Assembly: GCF_006345805.1 (NCBI RefSeq)
Contig: NC_042999.1
Span: 154,504,001 to 154,568,000, forward strand
Origin: Octopus sinensis
Lineage: Eukaryota
Length of the DNA stretch: 64,000 nt
Reading direction: 5' to 3'
A model generated the notes under the pieces. It made no database searches and was not told where the DNA came from. It saw only the letters and a program-made list of their open reading frames with translations. Shown piece after piece: positions 1 through 12,715 of the stretch (its first letter is position 1; each line of letters begins with the position of its first letter). A program made the position numbers and the translations under genes.

Positions 1-564
1 AGTGTACGAATGAGAGTGTGTGTGCGTGCTAATGAGTGTGCGTGCGTGAGTGAGTGCTTGTGCTTAAGTAGAAAGATAAAAGGGACTAGCCAAGATTGTT
101 GGACCAGCGGTCAAGATAACAAAAGTAATAAATGAAGATAATAAAATTAAAATTAGGGAATGGGTTTGTAATTGTATGTATATATGTGTGTATGTGTAGG
201 TATGAATAGGTACACATATGTATGTATGTATGTGTATATATATGTATGTGTGTGTGTGTGTATACATACATATATGTGTATGAATGGGTACACATATGTA
301 TGTATAATATATATATATATATATATATATGGTGTGTGTGTGTGTGTGTGTATGCATACATAAGTGTATATGTATATATGAGTATATAGGGACTTGTGTG
401 TTGTTGTGTGTGCATGTGTGTATGTGGATTGTGTGTGTATGTGAGTATGTGTATGTGTGTTTGTATGTATATATATTTTTTGTGTGTATGTGTATGTGTG
501 GTCGTGTGTGTGTATATATACATGTGTGTGAGTATATGTATATGCATGTATATGTGTATGTATG

Positions 565-603
<39 letters not shown>

Positions 604-930
604 GTAGATATATGTATGTATATGTGTGGTGTGTATAATTATATATATATATTTATATGGGTGTGTGTATGTATGTGTGTATGTATATGTGTGTGTGTTG
701 AGAATTTCCTTATTTACCTAAAATCTCTATTCTTCTATATAATTTATATTTTTTATTCTTTTTTTATTTTTTATTCTTTTATTTATTCTTCTATCTAATT
801 TACCACTGACTCCTTGACCACTCCCCCAAGTATGATTTTTTTTGCGCTATGCCTACCCCCAAAAAGTCCCCCACCACCACCCCTATAAACCTGCCTAAAT
901 GTATAAATGCCAATACAATTCTTGTTAACT

Positions 931-981
931 AGCTTCCTGAAGATTTCTCTTGAATGAAACAGTTCTAGTCCTGTAGAAGCT
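931..981 (+). ncRNA. Minimal type I hammerhead ribozyme motif (PLE pLTR)
   Basis: Stem I agcttc/gaagct, core CTGAAGA, short stem II ttc/gaa closed by U.U, GAAA, stem III acag/ctgt, GUA cleavage triplet; same family as 63382-63434. Confidence 0.7.
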
Positions 982-1068
982 CCTTCTATATAATAAATTA
1001 ATTTTACTCTGCTATGTATTGAGTACCTTATTTACTGTGGTTAACCCAGAATCAACCCGGGACCTACA
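931..1068 (+). mobile_element. PLE pseudo-LTR 3' tail ending in (TA)n
   Basis: Nearly identical to 63383-63518; ends gggacctac followed by (AT)n. Confidence 0.65.
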
Positions 1069-1129
1069 TATATATATATATATATGCGTGTGTATGTGTG
1101 TGTGGTGTGTGTGGTGTGTGTGTGTGTGT

Positions 1130-1295
1130 GTGTTCATAAAGGGCTTCTGCACACTTTTCGTCGACCAAGTTTCAGTCAGATGACATTGGCCAAACCGACG
1201 TTATTGATATTTGCCCAAGGTACCGCGCAGTGGAACGAAACCCAGATTTACATCGTTACGAACCAAAGTTCTGAATCACACGACAATTATATACT
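1130..1295 (-). mobile_element. SINE family B, degenerate 5' half
   Basis: Similar to reverse complement of the B-family head (ttgcccaagg..gcgcagtgg). Confidence 0.5.
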
Positions 1296-1554
1296 TTGAT
1301 CTTCGTTACCGTAAAAGAATTCACCTGGCGCTATTCAAAATATTATCGATTGCTAATTTTCTGACCGTTGTATTGTTGCACTTCGAGTTGATGCCGTCCA
1401 ATAAATGGATTTGAAGAAAAATACTCTCATTGATAACGTGTATAAACACGCAAATACACACACGTGCACATATTTATATATACGTGCATGTACAAATAGA
1501 CAGAGGGAAAAAGAAAGAGAGAAAGAGGGGGAATACGCAGTTATATATATATAT

Positions 1555-1738
1555 ATCTCTTTTACTCTTTTATTCTTTTACTTGTTTCAGTCATTTGACT
1601 GCGACCATGCTGGAGCACCGCCTTTAATCGAGCAAATCGACCCCGGAACTTATTCTTTGTAAGCCCAGTACTTATTCTATCGGTGTCTTTTGCCAAACCG
1701 CTAAGTTACGGGGACGTAAACACACCAGCATCGGTTAC
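1555..1738 (-). mobile_element. SINE family B, 3' half
   Basis: cagtcatttgactgcgaccatgctggagcaccgcc...ggggacgtaaacacaccagc, shared with many copies in the window. Confidence 0.8.
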
Positions 1739-1949
1739 ACATCTATAATATATAGTTATATACCTATACTGCCTACCTGTCACTTTATACGTGTATACAT
1801 TAATATGAAATATATAAAAGTATTATGTTTGTGTGTGTGAATGTGTGGGGGTGGGAGTGTGGGGTGGGGGTGGGAGTGTGTGGGTGTGGGTGTATGTGTG
1901 TGTGAGTGTGTATGGGAATATGTATGTCCATGTTTGTATATATAGAATA

Positions 1950-2050
1950 GACTGACAGAATATGTGTACGTTTTTGACCAAATGTGTTTCATTTTTCGAT
2001 ATAGTCTTCCCTGTGGTTCATACACTTCTTCCCTTGCTGTTGCAGCGCTT
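1950..2050 (-). pseudogene. mariner-type transposase C-terminal remnant
   Basis: Minus strand reads ..GKKCMNHREDYIEK*, resembling the mariner C-terminal KCxxxxGDYxEK* motif. Confidence 0.4.
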
Positions 2051-2790
2051 GGAATCCCGTGGTATAGAAGCTCTCATCCTGACCTTCGAAATTGGAAAAG
2101 ATTCCTTGACAACTGTTTCACCCTTTGGAATGAAAACATAAACTCAAAAAACTATTAAACAGCGCCAACCAAAACATGCACTTCACAATGGAATACAACT
2201 AAAAGGGCCTCCCGTTCTTGGATATACTAGTTGAAAAAAATAAACCTAAAACTAGAAACGGACATATTTTACAAAACTACAGACGCCAAAGAATGTCTGC
2301 TATTTAATTCATGCCATCCAGGACACCAAAACAAACACTCACTTCAACCTTGCAAGAAGGATATGCACCATAATGTCATAAAAAAAATGACAGAGACTTT
2401 AGACTGCAAGAACACCTTGATTGACAGACACTACCCAGTTCAACTCATGGAGGATAGAATCAGACGCGCATCACAAATCGACATAAAACACAGCAACACA
2501 CCTTCCCCGAAGATACTGCCGTACATATTCATATACAACCCCAGAAACAAAGAAGCCTTTACTATCATCACCTAAAATCTACTAATGCTACATAAGGATC
2601 CCAAATTAAAGGAAATTTTACACACTCATAAGATCATTAAAAGCCACAAACAACCGAATTCACCAAAAAAGATCCTCACAAAGGCAAAATTATTTTCTAA
2701 AATAATGGACCAAAAGTGAAAAATATTTGGTCGACCAAATTGCGCAACATGCCCCAACCTTCTAGAAGGATCAGAATTCATTTTTAAAGA
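2051..2790 (+). pseudogene. Degenerate Penelope-like RT C-terminal region
   Basis: NWKRFLDNCFTLW, ETDIFYKTTD..FNSCHP, LPYIFIYNPRN, GRPNCATCPNLLEGSEFIFK match ORF2 of the 18-22 kb element; frameshifts and stops. Confidence 0.85.
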
Positions 2791-3120
2791 GGAAGAGAGA
2801 GTGACAGACAGAGAACTGTGAAGGGGAGAGGAAAAGATTTGGAGACATGATAAGAGAGAAAAAGAGAGAGAGAGGGGGAGAAGGGAGGTAAAAGAAAGAA
2901 GAGAGTAAAGGAAAGAGTAGAAGGATAGAATAGTGGGGAGAAGAGGAAGCAAAAGAACAAGAGAAAGTTAGAGAGAAAACGACAGAGCAAAAGGATAGAA
3001 TAGTGGGAGAAGATGCGGTAAAAGAATAGGAGAAAGGTAGAGAGAAAACGAAAGAGTAAAAGGATAGAATAATGGGAGAAGAGAGAAAAAATAAAGAAAG
3101 AAAGAAGGAAAGAAAAGTCG
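2790..3120. repeat. Purine-rich ~70-bp minisatellite
   Basis: aaggatagaata(g/a)tggg recurs at ~2921, 2992, 3061. Confidence 0.7.
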
Positions 3121-3215
3121 CATCGGAGTTATTAAGATAAATCTTACTTGGAAAAGGATGCGTGGCATTCAATCATATAATAATATGAATAATATAAATA
3201 ATATATATATGTATG

Positions 3216-3256
<41 letters not shown>

Positions 3257-3431
3257 TATATATAATATATATATATATGTATGTATGTATATATATATAT
3301 ATGTATATATACATACGTATATGTACATACTTACATGTTTACATGTTTACGTATATACATATGCCTATGTGGGCACAGGACGTCACAAAACATAAACAAC
3401 AAATAATACGAAGTACGAGGACAAGGAATAA

Positions 3432-3560
3432 AGGTTCCGGGTTCAGTCCCACTGCGTGGCACCTTGGGCAAGTGTCTTATTCTATAGCCTCGGACCGACC
3501 AAAGCCTTCGGAGTGGATTTGGTAGACGGAAACTGAAAGAAGCCCGTCGTATATATGTAT
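3432..3560 (+). mobile_element. SINE family B, 5' half
   Basis: ggttccgggttcagtcccactgcgtggcaccttgggcaagtgtc...gaaactgaaagaagcccgtcgt. Confidence 0.8.
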
Positions 3561-3817
3561 TTACAACATTGTTTATATGTATTCACAACCGATGGTAGTG
3601 TATATATAAATATATATGCATGTGTGTGTATGTGTGCAAAATGCTCTGTCGTGGTATTTAGCCAATAGTACTGGCATATAAGTCAGTTATGATACATTGG
3701 GCAATTCGTGTGATTTTATTGAAGAGTTGTAGTTGGGTTGAGCTTACAATTAAAAACAAAGCTATACTGTATGAATATAGTTTCGTCTACTTACAGTGGT
3801 AAGCTTATGTAGGAGTA

Positions 3818-5490
3818 CTAGCAGAGATACCCGGCGTTGCCCGTGTTACATACAATTGAAGAATTAGACTTTTCTGTTATATTTTCTCTAATGAACTGGA
3901 ATATCTATGTTTCGAATTTCATCAAAATTGCAGATGAGGGTTATTTCCCTCTTTATACACCCCCAAAAAATAGTAATCGTACCACATATACCCCATACTA
4001 CTGATTTTTATGCGCATATTCCAAAATTCCAGTCTTATTGAACCTGTTAAAAAGAATTTGCTCCTGAAAAGTGAAGGTCATGGAGCTCTAAAATGTGAGA
4101 GTTAAGGCTCCTGTTGGGGGTGGGCATCTTAATGTCAACCAGAGAAGTTGAATTGTTGAGAATCTTTTTAACTTGGGTTCTTATATCTATTGTTTGAATT
4201 TCTTTGAAATAGGAAACATATGTTCATTGGGTTTGTAAAAGAGAGCAAAGCTACAGGAAGCCAAAAGACGAATGATCACAATAAGCAGTCAGTTACCCTA
4301 CCCTAGTCGTTACCACTCCCTATGTAGCATTCCTCACCATCCAGGTGATAGGCACAGCCGTAAGATGCATTACGAATCTATAACAATTGGAAGGGCGTGA
4401 CCCAACTGAAATGAACATTAACAACTGTGTGACGTGAGGGCTAAGGAGAAATGAAAGTTGGAGTTTGCAAATGACCACTATACTGATAAGTAACTGGACA
4501 GAATAAATACACAATCTATAAAAGTCTTTGAATAACCAGTCACTCATCTGGGAAGGCCTTGAAATCAATGTTACTATGTGGGGACTGTGTGATCCAGTGA
4601 TAATAAAAAGACTGAAAAGAGATCTGCAATCAAATAACTTTACTCAACACTTTGCAACTGAATCAGTGAGGCAAAGATGCCTCTCATTTACTTGACAATT
4701 TATGCAGCACATTGCAGAAATCACAATGTAAGTGTATGTCAAAGCAAACTCTTACACTGTTTCACCATTGATTTACAAATAATGCTCATCTACTATGCTC
4801 GGATGACCCCACAGCTTCCAAGAGTACAACCATTCGTCTTTGCTTAGATAAAATGACAAAATTGTGGGTGTTAAGTCTCCATGGAGGGGTCTTTCTAACT
4901 TGTAAGAAGATGAAATTTTATAAATATTACTTCATTTGTATCTAATATCTTTAGATAAAATTTCATCAACAGCAAAAATATATGAATTGTCATGGGGATT
5001 GTGGCCCTTATGCATAGAATATAATTTCCAAATTTCGTAAAGATCCATTCAGTACTTTTGACTTAGTTTTGGATCATAAAAGAAATGACTAAAATTTAGG
5101 AGTTAAGGCCCCCATTAGGGTGTCTTAGAATCCTTGCGTGAAGTGGAAACTTTGAGAATACTTCTTGATGTGTGTCAATTACCCATGGTTGAAATTTCAT
5201 CGACATCGAAAATTTATGTATTTTCATGGGGGTTCTACCCCCTTTAAGCCATCCGAAATTCAAACCAAACATATTGCATTATACCCGCCCTTATGCATTG
5301 AATCTAAGTTTCAAATATCATATGGATCCATTCAGAAATTTTGGTCCATGAAATTGTATGGAACACACAGCATTACCCTTCTCCTTGGGCTTCGATTTTG
5401 TGTTCCAAATTTCATTATGATCGGTGCAGCAGTTTTCGAATGTATAAGTAATACACGAACACATAAAGACATTGTCTTTGATATAATAAA
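3818..5490 (-). mobile_element. Non-autonomous Helitron-like element (possibly composite)
   Basis: Helitron-type 3' end (minus strand cgggcaacgccgggtatctctgCTAG|T) at 3818-3845 and a typical non-autonomous 5' region near 5400-5490; continuity of the interior is not established. Confidence 0.45.
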
Positions 5491-5560
5491 TATGAATGTA
5501 CACATATACATACATGTATAAATATATGTGTGTGCGTGTGTGTGTATGTATTATACATAT

Positions 5561-5612
<52 letters not shown>

Positions 5613-5614
5613 AA

Positions 5615-5875
5615 GATAAATTGATAGATACAACTGAGTGGGCAAACAAAAATATGAGACACAGCGTAGTGCTTTTTTATGTTGATAAGCCTGGTACTTA
5701 TTCTATTAGTTTCTTCTTGTGAAACCAGTAAGTAATGAGGATGTAAATAAACGAACAGCGGTTGTGAAGCAGTGATGAGGGTGAAACACAGAAACAAAGT
5801 CACACACGTACACTTAAATATATACATACATATATATACGATTGATTTCTTTAAGTTTCTGTCTACGAAATATAC

Positions 5876-5906
<31 letters not shown>

Positions 5907-6330
5907 TGTATGTATGTATGTATGTATGTATGTATGTATGCATGTATGTACGTACACACACACACAAAGATAGATTGTGTGGGCAAACAAAAATATGAGA
6001 TACTGCCTAGTGGTTTTTTTTTTGATAAGCCTGGTACTTATTCTATCAGTTTCTTCTTGTTAAACCAGTAAGTTATGGGGATGTAAATAAACGAACACCA
6101 GTTGTGAGGCAGTGATGAGGGAGAAACACAAAGACACACAGACTTACATATATACATACATATATATACGATTGATTTCTTCCAGTTTCTGTCTACAAAA
6201 TCCACTGACAAGGCTTTGGTTGGTCTGAGGCTATAGCAGAAGACACATGCCAAGTTACCACACAGTGGGACTGAACTGAGGACCATGTGGTTTAGAACGA
6301 AGTTTTTTACCACACAGCCACACCTGCACC
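5615..6330 (-). mobile_element. SINE family B with local tandem duplication of its 3' half plus flank
   Basis: gtgggcaaacaaaaatatgaga...gataagcctggtacttattctat...gatgtaaataaacgaaca occurs at ~5637 and ~5978. Confidence 0.7.
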
Positions 6331-6879
6331 TGTGTGTGTGAGTGTGTATGTATGCTTGTATATATGTGAATATATATGTGTACATATTACATGTACATCT
6401 ATATATATATATATATATATACATCTACACATATACATGTATACATATACATCTATATGTATAGAAATAAATGTATACATATACAGCTATACACACATAC
6501 ACGCACACACGCACATTCATAGGTGCAGGTGTGACTGTGTGGTAACAAACTTCGTTCCAAAACACATGGTCCTGGGATAAAAATTAAATTTAAAGTAATA
6601 AGATTGACAAATTGAATATTAATTTGATTAATATGAATTGAAAACCAGTGGTGTAGCATACACGACCATAGCGGATCTTCTAGCAAAACGGATGTCCACT
6701 ATTAATGGTTCATCCCTCTTATATAATAGTTTGGACTTTAATAGTTTCAGTATTAAAGTGAAAGTATCTGACATTACAATAGAGAGATGTTTTTGTTTCA
6801 CTTTTAACACGTAATACTGAAATAGTGGAGAAGATATGATATTGTTGTGGGCTCGCCCTAGGCAAGAAGTTAGAAGTTT

Positions 6880-7014
6880 TTTGCCCATGACACTACATGG
6901 ACCCTAAGTAAGGCATGTGTAAGATTTGAATGAAATTGGTTGTATAGTTTTCAAGTTTTAGGGATTCACACAGACAGACAGACAGACAGAGATTCTCAGT
7001 TTTATATATATAGA
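6880..7014 (-). mobile_element. Helitron-like 5' end
   Basis: Minus strand A|TCTATATATATAAAACTGAGAATCTCTGTCTGTCTG...ccaatttcattcaaatc. Confidence 0.55.
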
Positions 7015-7289
7015 TAAAGGAATACATAGGTGGATAAGGCTTCTTTTGGAAATTAACAGGAATTATAATACATTCCTCAACTTCATGTTCATCCAACACA
7101 TTTTTCCTTCCTTGAAAAAAAAGAGTCCTGTTCGAAACGTCAATACTAACATCTTTTTACATGACAGGAATTTATCTAATTTTACGAATTTTATTACCAT
7201 TTGATTGATGCATCAATCAATAGATTAGTATATGTTAGGGAAAACACTATTACATCGCAAACAGTATATTAGATAAGAATTGAATTGAA

Positions 7290-7830
7290 TAGTGTATAAA
7301 AAGCCTTCCATCCATCTTCTCTATCCATTATTCTTGGGAGGGTCGTGAGGGATAGAGTCCTCAGGTACCTCCTCCCTGAAGTCCTATCAGAAACAACTGT
7401 TATTAAACTTTCCGACTAGATTCCCCAAGCGTGACCAGCAGGCATTATATTTATTATGCAACCATCTCTATCCCTTGGTCTCTCCCAAAGTTTCCGTCTT
7501 GTGATTCTCTCCCGTGACATTCTAATCGCATGTCCTTAGTTGCAGAGCTGTGACTTCACGATGCGGAGAAGTAGCGTCTCGATCTGGCGAAACTTTCTCA
7601 TCACCGAGCTATGCACCCTGTCAAGTAACTTTATTCCACAGATCCTTCAAAAGAAACCCCTTTCAGCCACTTAGATTCATGATAGTACTCTTTTGGTCAT
7701 TCATGACCATGATGAGGACAGACACGATAATCAAATTGAAGACAAGAAGTTTGGCATTTCTTTTGCCAGCCTCTTCACATCTGAGGATCGAATGCTGCAA
7801 CTGGCCCAATGTCAGCATCTGCCATCTAAG
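7290..7830 (-). pseudogene. RTE-clade LINE C-terminal remnant
   Basis: Minus strand VAERGFF*RICGIKLLDRVHSSVMRK..IETLLLRIVKSQL..GHAIRM, resembling the RTE post-RT region. Confidence 0.65.
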
Positions 7831-7967
7831 CATCTAATTTAGTCGCTTATTTGCTTACCACTCGTGAATATGATAAAAGTACTAATTTATTGACTCTGAG
7901 ACAAAGAAATTTATTTAATAACTGCTTCGGTTTCGAACTGGGTATCATTGAACAACTAGTTAGATAT

Positions 7968-8381
7968 CCCTATTTCTTTACTACCCACAAGGGGCTAAAC
8001 ACAGAGAGGAAAAACAAGGACAGACAAACGGGTTAAGTCGATTATATCGACCCCAGTGCGTAACTGGTACTTATTTAATCGACCCCGAAAGGTTGAAAGG
8101 CAAAGTCGACCTCGGCGGAATTTGAACTCAGAAAGTAACGGCAGACGAAATACCTATTTCTTTACTACCCACAAGGGGCTAAACACAGAGAGGAAAAACA
8201 AGGACAGACAAACGGTTAAGTCGATTATATCGACCCCAGTGCGTAACTGGTACTTATTTAATCGATCCCGAAAGGTTGAAAGGCAAAGTCGACCTCGGCG
8301 GAATTTGAACTCAAAACGTAATGGCAGACGAAATACCGCTAAGCATTTCGCCCGGCGTGCTAGCGTTTCTGCCAGCTCGCC
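7968..8381 (-). mobile_element. SINE family A (CORE-like domain) with internal duplication
   Basis: Reverse complement of ggcgagctggcagaaacg..gaggtcgactttgcc..ggggtcgat..taagtaccagttacgcactgggg; ~183-bp body duplicated. Confidence 0.85.
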
Positions 8382-9155
8382 ACCCTACAACTAGCTAGAT
8401 ATACCGAAGCATCTAATTCGACATAACGGTAAGTAATATCCGTGACAAGGTTTTTCTCATTTAATACAATCTCAGATTTTATTGGGCAACTTACCTGTTG
8501 TTGACTATAAAACCACCAAGAAACACATTTTAATATTATCACAGAAACTAATCACAAACCGAACGTTTAAACAGATGATTCAGGGCATTGGCTTTTGTGT
8601 TCATTCAGTAAATAATATGGTTAGCATGAGACCAATTAAATAGTATCATTAATGAGTGGTTTGTAATCCCGCAGATAGAAACCAAATGAAATTCCATTAT
8701 TGAACGACCAGTCAACGACCTCGCCAGTCAAGTTGGAGATTTACACAGAGAATGAAAAATGTACAAATCAACATGGTGGTGTAGTTATTTGTGTTGCTTG
8801 TTGAACTAAAGTAACATTGTATAAGATTACATTTACTTTATATAAAAGCTAATTTAAACCAAATAGATTTCCTTTGGAAGAAACAATAGACATTAGACAT
8901 TAATAATCACTGACTCAATGGAAATTGCTTATTTTTCTTTATTTTTGTTTCTAGTCACATCACTTTAGATTTATAAGAGAAAACAAATAAAATGTTGTGA
9001 GGCTAATGGGCTCAAAATCATTAACTGAAATTTTAAAACTTTCATAGATGTGGCTTAAATCTTAGTCTGTGACTTTGCTGCTAAAACGCAAATATCCAAA
9101 CTATGTAAAATCAGTTGACACAACGGATTACCCGTAAACAATAAATTACTGATAC

Positions 9156-9760
9156 TAAGGCGGCGAGCTGGCAGAAACGTTAGCACGCGGGGTGAAATGC
9201 GTAGCCGTATTTCGTCTGATGTTACGTTCTGAGTTCAAATTCCGCCGAGGTCGACTTTGCCTTTTATCCTTTCGGGGTCGATAAATTAAGTACCAGTTAC
9301 GCACTGGGGTCGATGTAATCGACTTAATAACTATGTCTGTCCTTGTTTGTCCCCTCTATGTTTAGCTCCTTGTGGGTAGAAAAGAAATAGGTATTTCGTC
9401 TGCCGTTACGTTCTGAGTTCAAATTCCGCCGAGGTCGACTTTGCCTTTCATACTTTCAGGGTCGATAAATTAAGTACCAGTTATGCACTGGGGTCGATGT
9501 AATCGACTTAATCCCTTTGACTGTCCTTGTTTGCCTCTTCTATGTTTAACCCTTTGTGGGCAGTAAAGAAATAAGAAACGTTAGCACGCTGGGCGGTATT
9601 TCGACTGCTTTACGTTCAGAGTTCAAATTTCGCCAATCTCGACTTTTTCTAGTTGACATAATGAAATTATGGGGTCGATAAATTAAGTACTGGGGTCAAT
9701 CTAATCGACTGGCCCCCACCTCCCCAAAAATTTCTAGCCATGTACCTAGAGTAGAAAAGA
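9156..9760 (+). mobile_element. SINE family A, internally multimerised
   Basis: taaggcggcgagctggcagaaacgttagcac head followed by three body units. Confidence 0.85.
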
Positions 9761-10049
9761 ATATATTACTGATACTAGTTTCGTTGATCAGTAAGAGATG
9801 GCGTGGTCAACACCAGTGGCAATGAAGTTTGTGACTGACGTGACAAAAACACAAAGTACTCTCGTCTGTGTTTCTAATCATTATGTCAACTAGAAAAAGA
9901 TGAAGGAAAAATATTCCTATATCTATTATTTACTGAAAGAAAGGTAGCTAGGGCACTTACTAAGCTGCCTTGATTGAGAAAGGTCGCTCCTTTTCAAGCT
10001 ACTAGCAGAAAACAGAAAGTATTGTGCGTCGACAACTCTCTTTGAAACG

Positions 10050-10430
10050 TAGTGCCTTCAAACTCTCTTTGTGATGAAAAGGGTTTGTAGATCCCTTGTC
10101 TACCATCGTAGGCTGACCTCCTTAGCTTTCACCTCTTTGTAGTCACTCACATTGGCGGTTTATACTCGAAATTCTCCTCCTCAGCCGATCCCGAATGACC
10201 CGTCTAGTTTTACCGCTAGTGTAGCTTTATTCCCAAACCAAAAGCTCAGGGGCACCTCACTAACCAGGGATTTTAAAGTTTACGCGCTATTTTTAGATAG
10301 TCGTTGACTATACGTTGCTTTTATTTTGAAAGGTATTATTTTTGTCTTGCTGGGATTCTAGGCACGCTTTTCCCCAGAGGAATCTGTTAGAGGAGCCGGT
10401 TTAGTCCCCTCGTCGACGACCAAATCATCC
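10050..10430 (-). pseudogene. Degenerate non-LTR RT fragment
   Basis: Minus strand NPSKTKIIPF and VKLDG resemble RT domain 6-7 motifs; heavily decayed. Confidence 0.35.
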
Positions 10431-10469
10431 ACGACGTTTTACATGACTATATTTTACTTTCAATTTTTG

Positions 10470-10662
10470 GCACAAGATGAGTTGTACCTGTATTTCAAAG
10501 GGCCGGCCTTGTCACACTGTGTCACGCTGAATCTTCTTGAGAACTACGTTAAGGGTACGTGTGTCAGTGGATTGCTCAGTCACTTGCACGTTAATTTCAG
10601 GAGCAGGCTGTTCCGTTGATCGTATCAGCTGGGACCCCCGTCGTTAACCGACGGAGTGCTCC
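10470..10662 (+). mobile_element. SINE family C, 3' half
   Basis: atgagttgtacctgtatttcaaaggg...gaactacgttaagggtac...ccgacggagtgctcc matches 16180-16363. Confidence 0.75.
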
Positions 10663-10924
10663 TATTACATATTACAAGTGACATTCTTGAACGACTGACA
10701 TTAGCTTTAATTGCACTTTATTATCTTTAAAAACAAGTGTACATTGATAGAGTTGTCCTAAATGCAGGGTGCAGCAGAAGTAACGCTCTTTTGTATTTGA
10801 GTTTTCTGGTTTCTAATAGAGTTTCTTTTTTATTTCTTAAAAAATCTGCGATTTTTTTTCATTAGTTTATTATTCGATTCTTTAAGCAATGCAATAAATT
10901 TGGTTTCAATAAAAAAAATTACTT

Positions 10925-11125
10925 ACTCTTTACTCTTTACTCTTACTTGTTTCAGTCATTTGACTGTGGCCATGCTGGAGCACAGCCTTTAGTCGAGCAA
11001 ATCAACCCCAGGACTTATTTATTTCTTGTAAGCCTAGTACTTATTCTATCGGTCTCTTTTGCCGAACCGCTAAGTTACGGGGACGTAAACACACCAGCAT
11101 CTGTTGTCAAGCGATGTTGGGGGGA

Positions 11126-11170
<45 letters not shown>

Positions 11171-11330
11171 CCATATATACGACAGGCTTCTTTTAATTTC
11201 CGTCTACCAAATCCACTCACAAGGCTTTGGTCGACCCGAGGCTATAGTAGAAGACACTTGCCCAAGGTGCCACGCAGTGGGACTGAACTCGGGACCATGT
11301 GGTTCGTAAGCAAGCTACTTACCACATTAA
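10925..11330 (-). mobile_element. SINE family B, near full length, internal (CA)n/(TA)n
   Basis: Both halves and the (TACTCTT)n tail are present. Confidence 0.85.
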
Positions 11331-11440
11331 ACATTTATATAACTATAAAATTTATTTAATGCAAAAAGAGGCCTTACATCTGTCGCATCCTATATATTAC
11401 ATGTGAATAAGGCTGTGATCTGAGAGAATCACTACTGCGC

Positions 11441-12070
11441 CAAGGCGGCGAGCTGGCAGAAACGTTAGCACGCTGGGCGAAATGCTTTGCAGTATTTCGT
11501 CTGCCGTTACGTTGAGTTCAAGTTCCGCCGAGATCGACTTTGCCTTTCATCTTTTCGGAGTCGATAAATTAAGTACCAGTTACGCACTGGGGTCGATGTA
11601 ATCGACTTAATCCGCTTGTCTGTCCTTGTTTGTCATCTCTGTGTTTAGCCCCTTGTGGGTAGTAAAGAAATAGGTATTTCGTCCGTCTACTTTCTGAGTT
11701 TAAATTCCGCCGAGGTCGACTTTGCCTTTCATCATTTCGGGGTCGATAAATTATGTACCAGTTGCGTACAGGAGTCGATCTAATCGACTGGCCCGCTCCA
11801 CCAAAATTTTGGGCCTTGTGCCTAGAGTAGAAAAGAATCATTGCTGCGCCAGACAAAATGCTTAGCGGTGTTTCGTCTGCCGCTACGTTCTGAGTTCAAA
11901 TTTCGCGATGTCGACTTTGCCTTTCATCCTTTCATAGGTTCTGAGTTCAAGTTCCGCTGAGGCTGGCTTTGCCTTTCGTCCCCACGGGGTCGATAAATTA
12001 CGTATCAGTTGAACTCTGGGGTCGATATAATCGACAAGTCCCCTCCCACAAAATTGCTGTCTTGAATCAA
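11441..12070 (+). mobile_element. SINE family A, multimerised
   Basis: aaggcggcgagctggcagaaacg head and repeated gttctgagttcaaattccgcc..gtcgactttgcctttcatc units. Confidence 0.8.
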
Positions 12071-12269
12071 AATTTAAAACCAGTATATTAGGTACAAGTT
12101 AAGATGTTCTAAAAAAAAAGATTTCCTAAATAATATTTCAATTATTTTTGAGGACTCGTGAGGCGTAGAACTCGTAAAACAGGTCACCCGGTTTCCATGG
12201 TAAGATCACAATGTTTCCCCCTGAACAGGACGCTTGTCTATTGGGGAGGGGGGTCAAGGCCAGTAATTT

Positions 12270-12715
12270 CGAAGGGAGGGGACGAATCTGTTAAGTCGTC
12301 CTCAGTACTTGACAGGTACTTTATTTTATCGACGCTGAAAGCATGAAGGGCAAAGTTGACCACCGTAGAATTTGAACTCACACTGAAAAAAACTGAAATA
12401 AAAGGAGGAGACAAATCTGTTACTTCGTCCTCAGTACTTGACAGGTACTTTATTTTATCGATGCTGAAAGCATGAAGGGCAAAGTTGACCTCCGCAGGAT
12501 TTGAACCCACACTGAAAAAAACTGAAAGAAAGGGAGGGGACAAATCTATTACGTCGTCCTCGGTACTTGACAGGCACTTTAATTTATCGACGCTGTAAGC
12601 ATGAAGGGCAAAGTTGACCTCCGCAGGATTTGAACTCACACTGTAAAGAACTGGAAGAAACGTTGCAAACCACTTTTGTCTGACGTTCTAGCGACTCTGC
12701 CAGTTCACTGCCATA
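12270..12715 (-). mobile_element. SINE family A variant, three tandem ~125-bp body units
   Basis: gtcctcagtacttgacaggtactttattttatcgacgctgaaagcatgaagggcaaagttgacc repeated three times. Confidence 0.7.

Noticed and set aside
64-798. Cluster of overlapping YI/HT/CV ORFs (and similar clusters throughout the window)
   Set aside because: Dinucleotide and tetranucleotide repeat translations with no domain content.
4250-4850. Higher-complexity stretch as a possible host exon
   Set aside because: No long open frame, recognisable domain or clear splice-flanked exon; left unannotated.
12270-12715. Regularly spaced repeats resembling a CRISPR array
   Set aside because: Whole ~125-bp units are homologous with no unique spacers, they match SINE A, and the context is eukaryotic with no cas genes.
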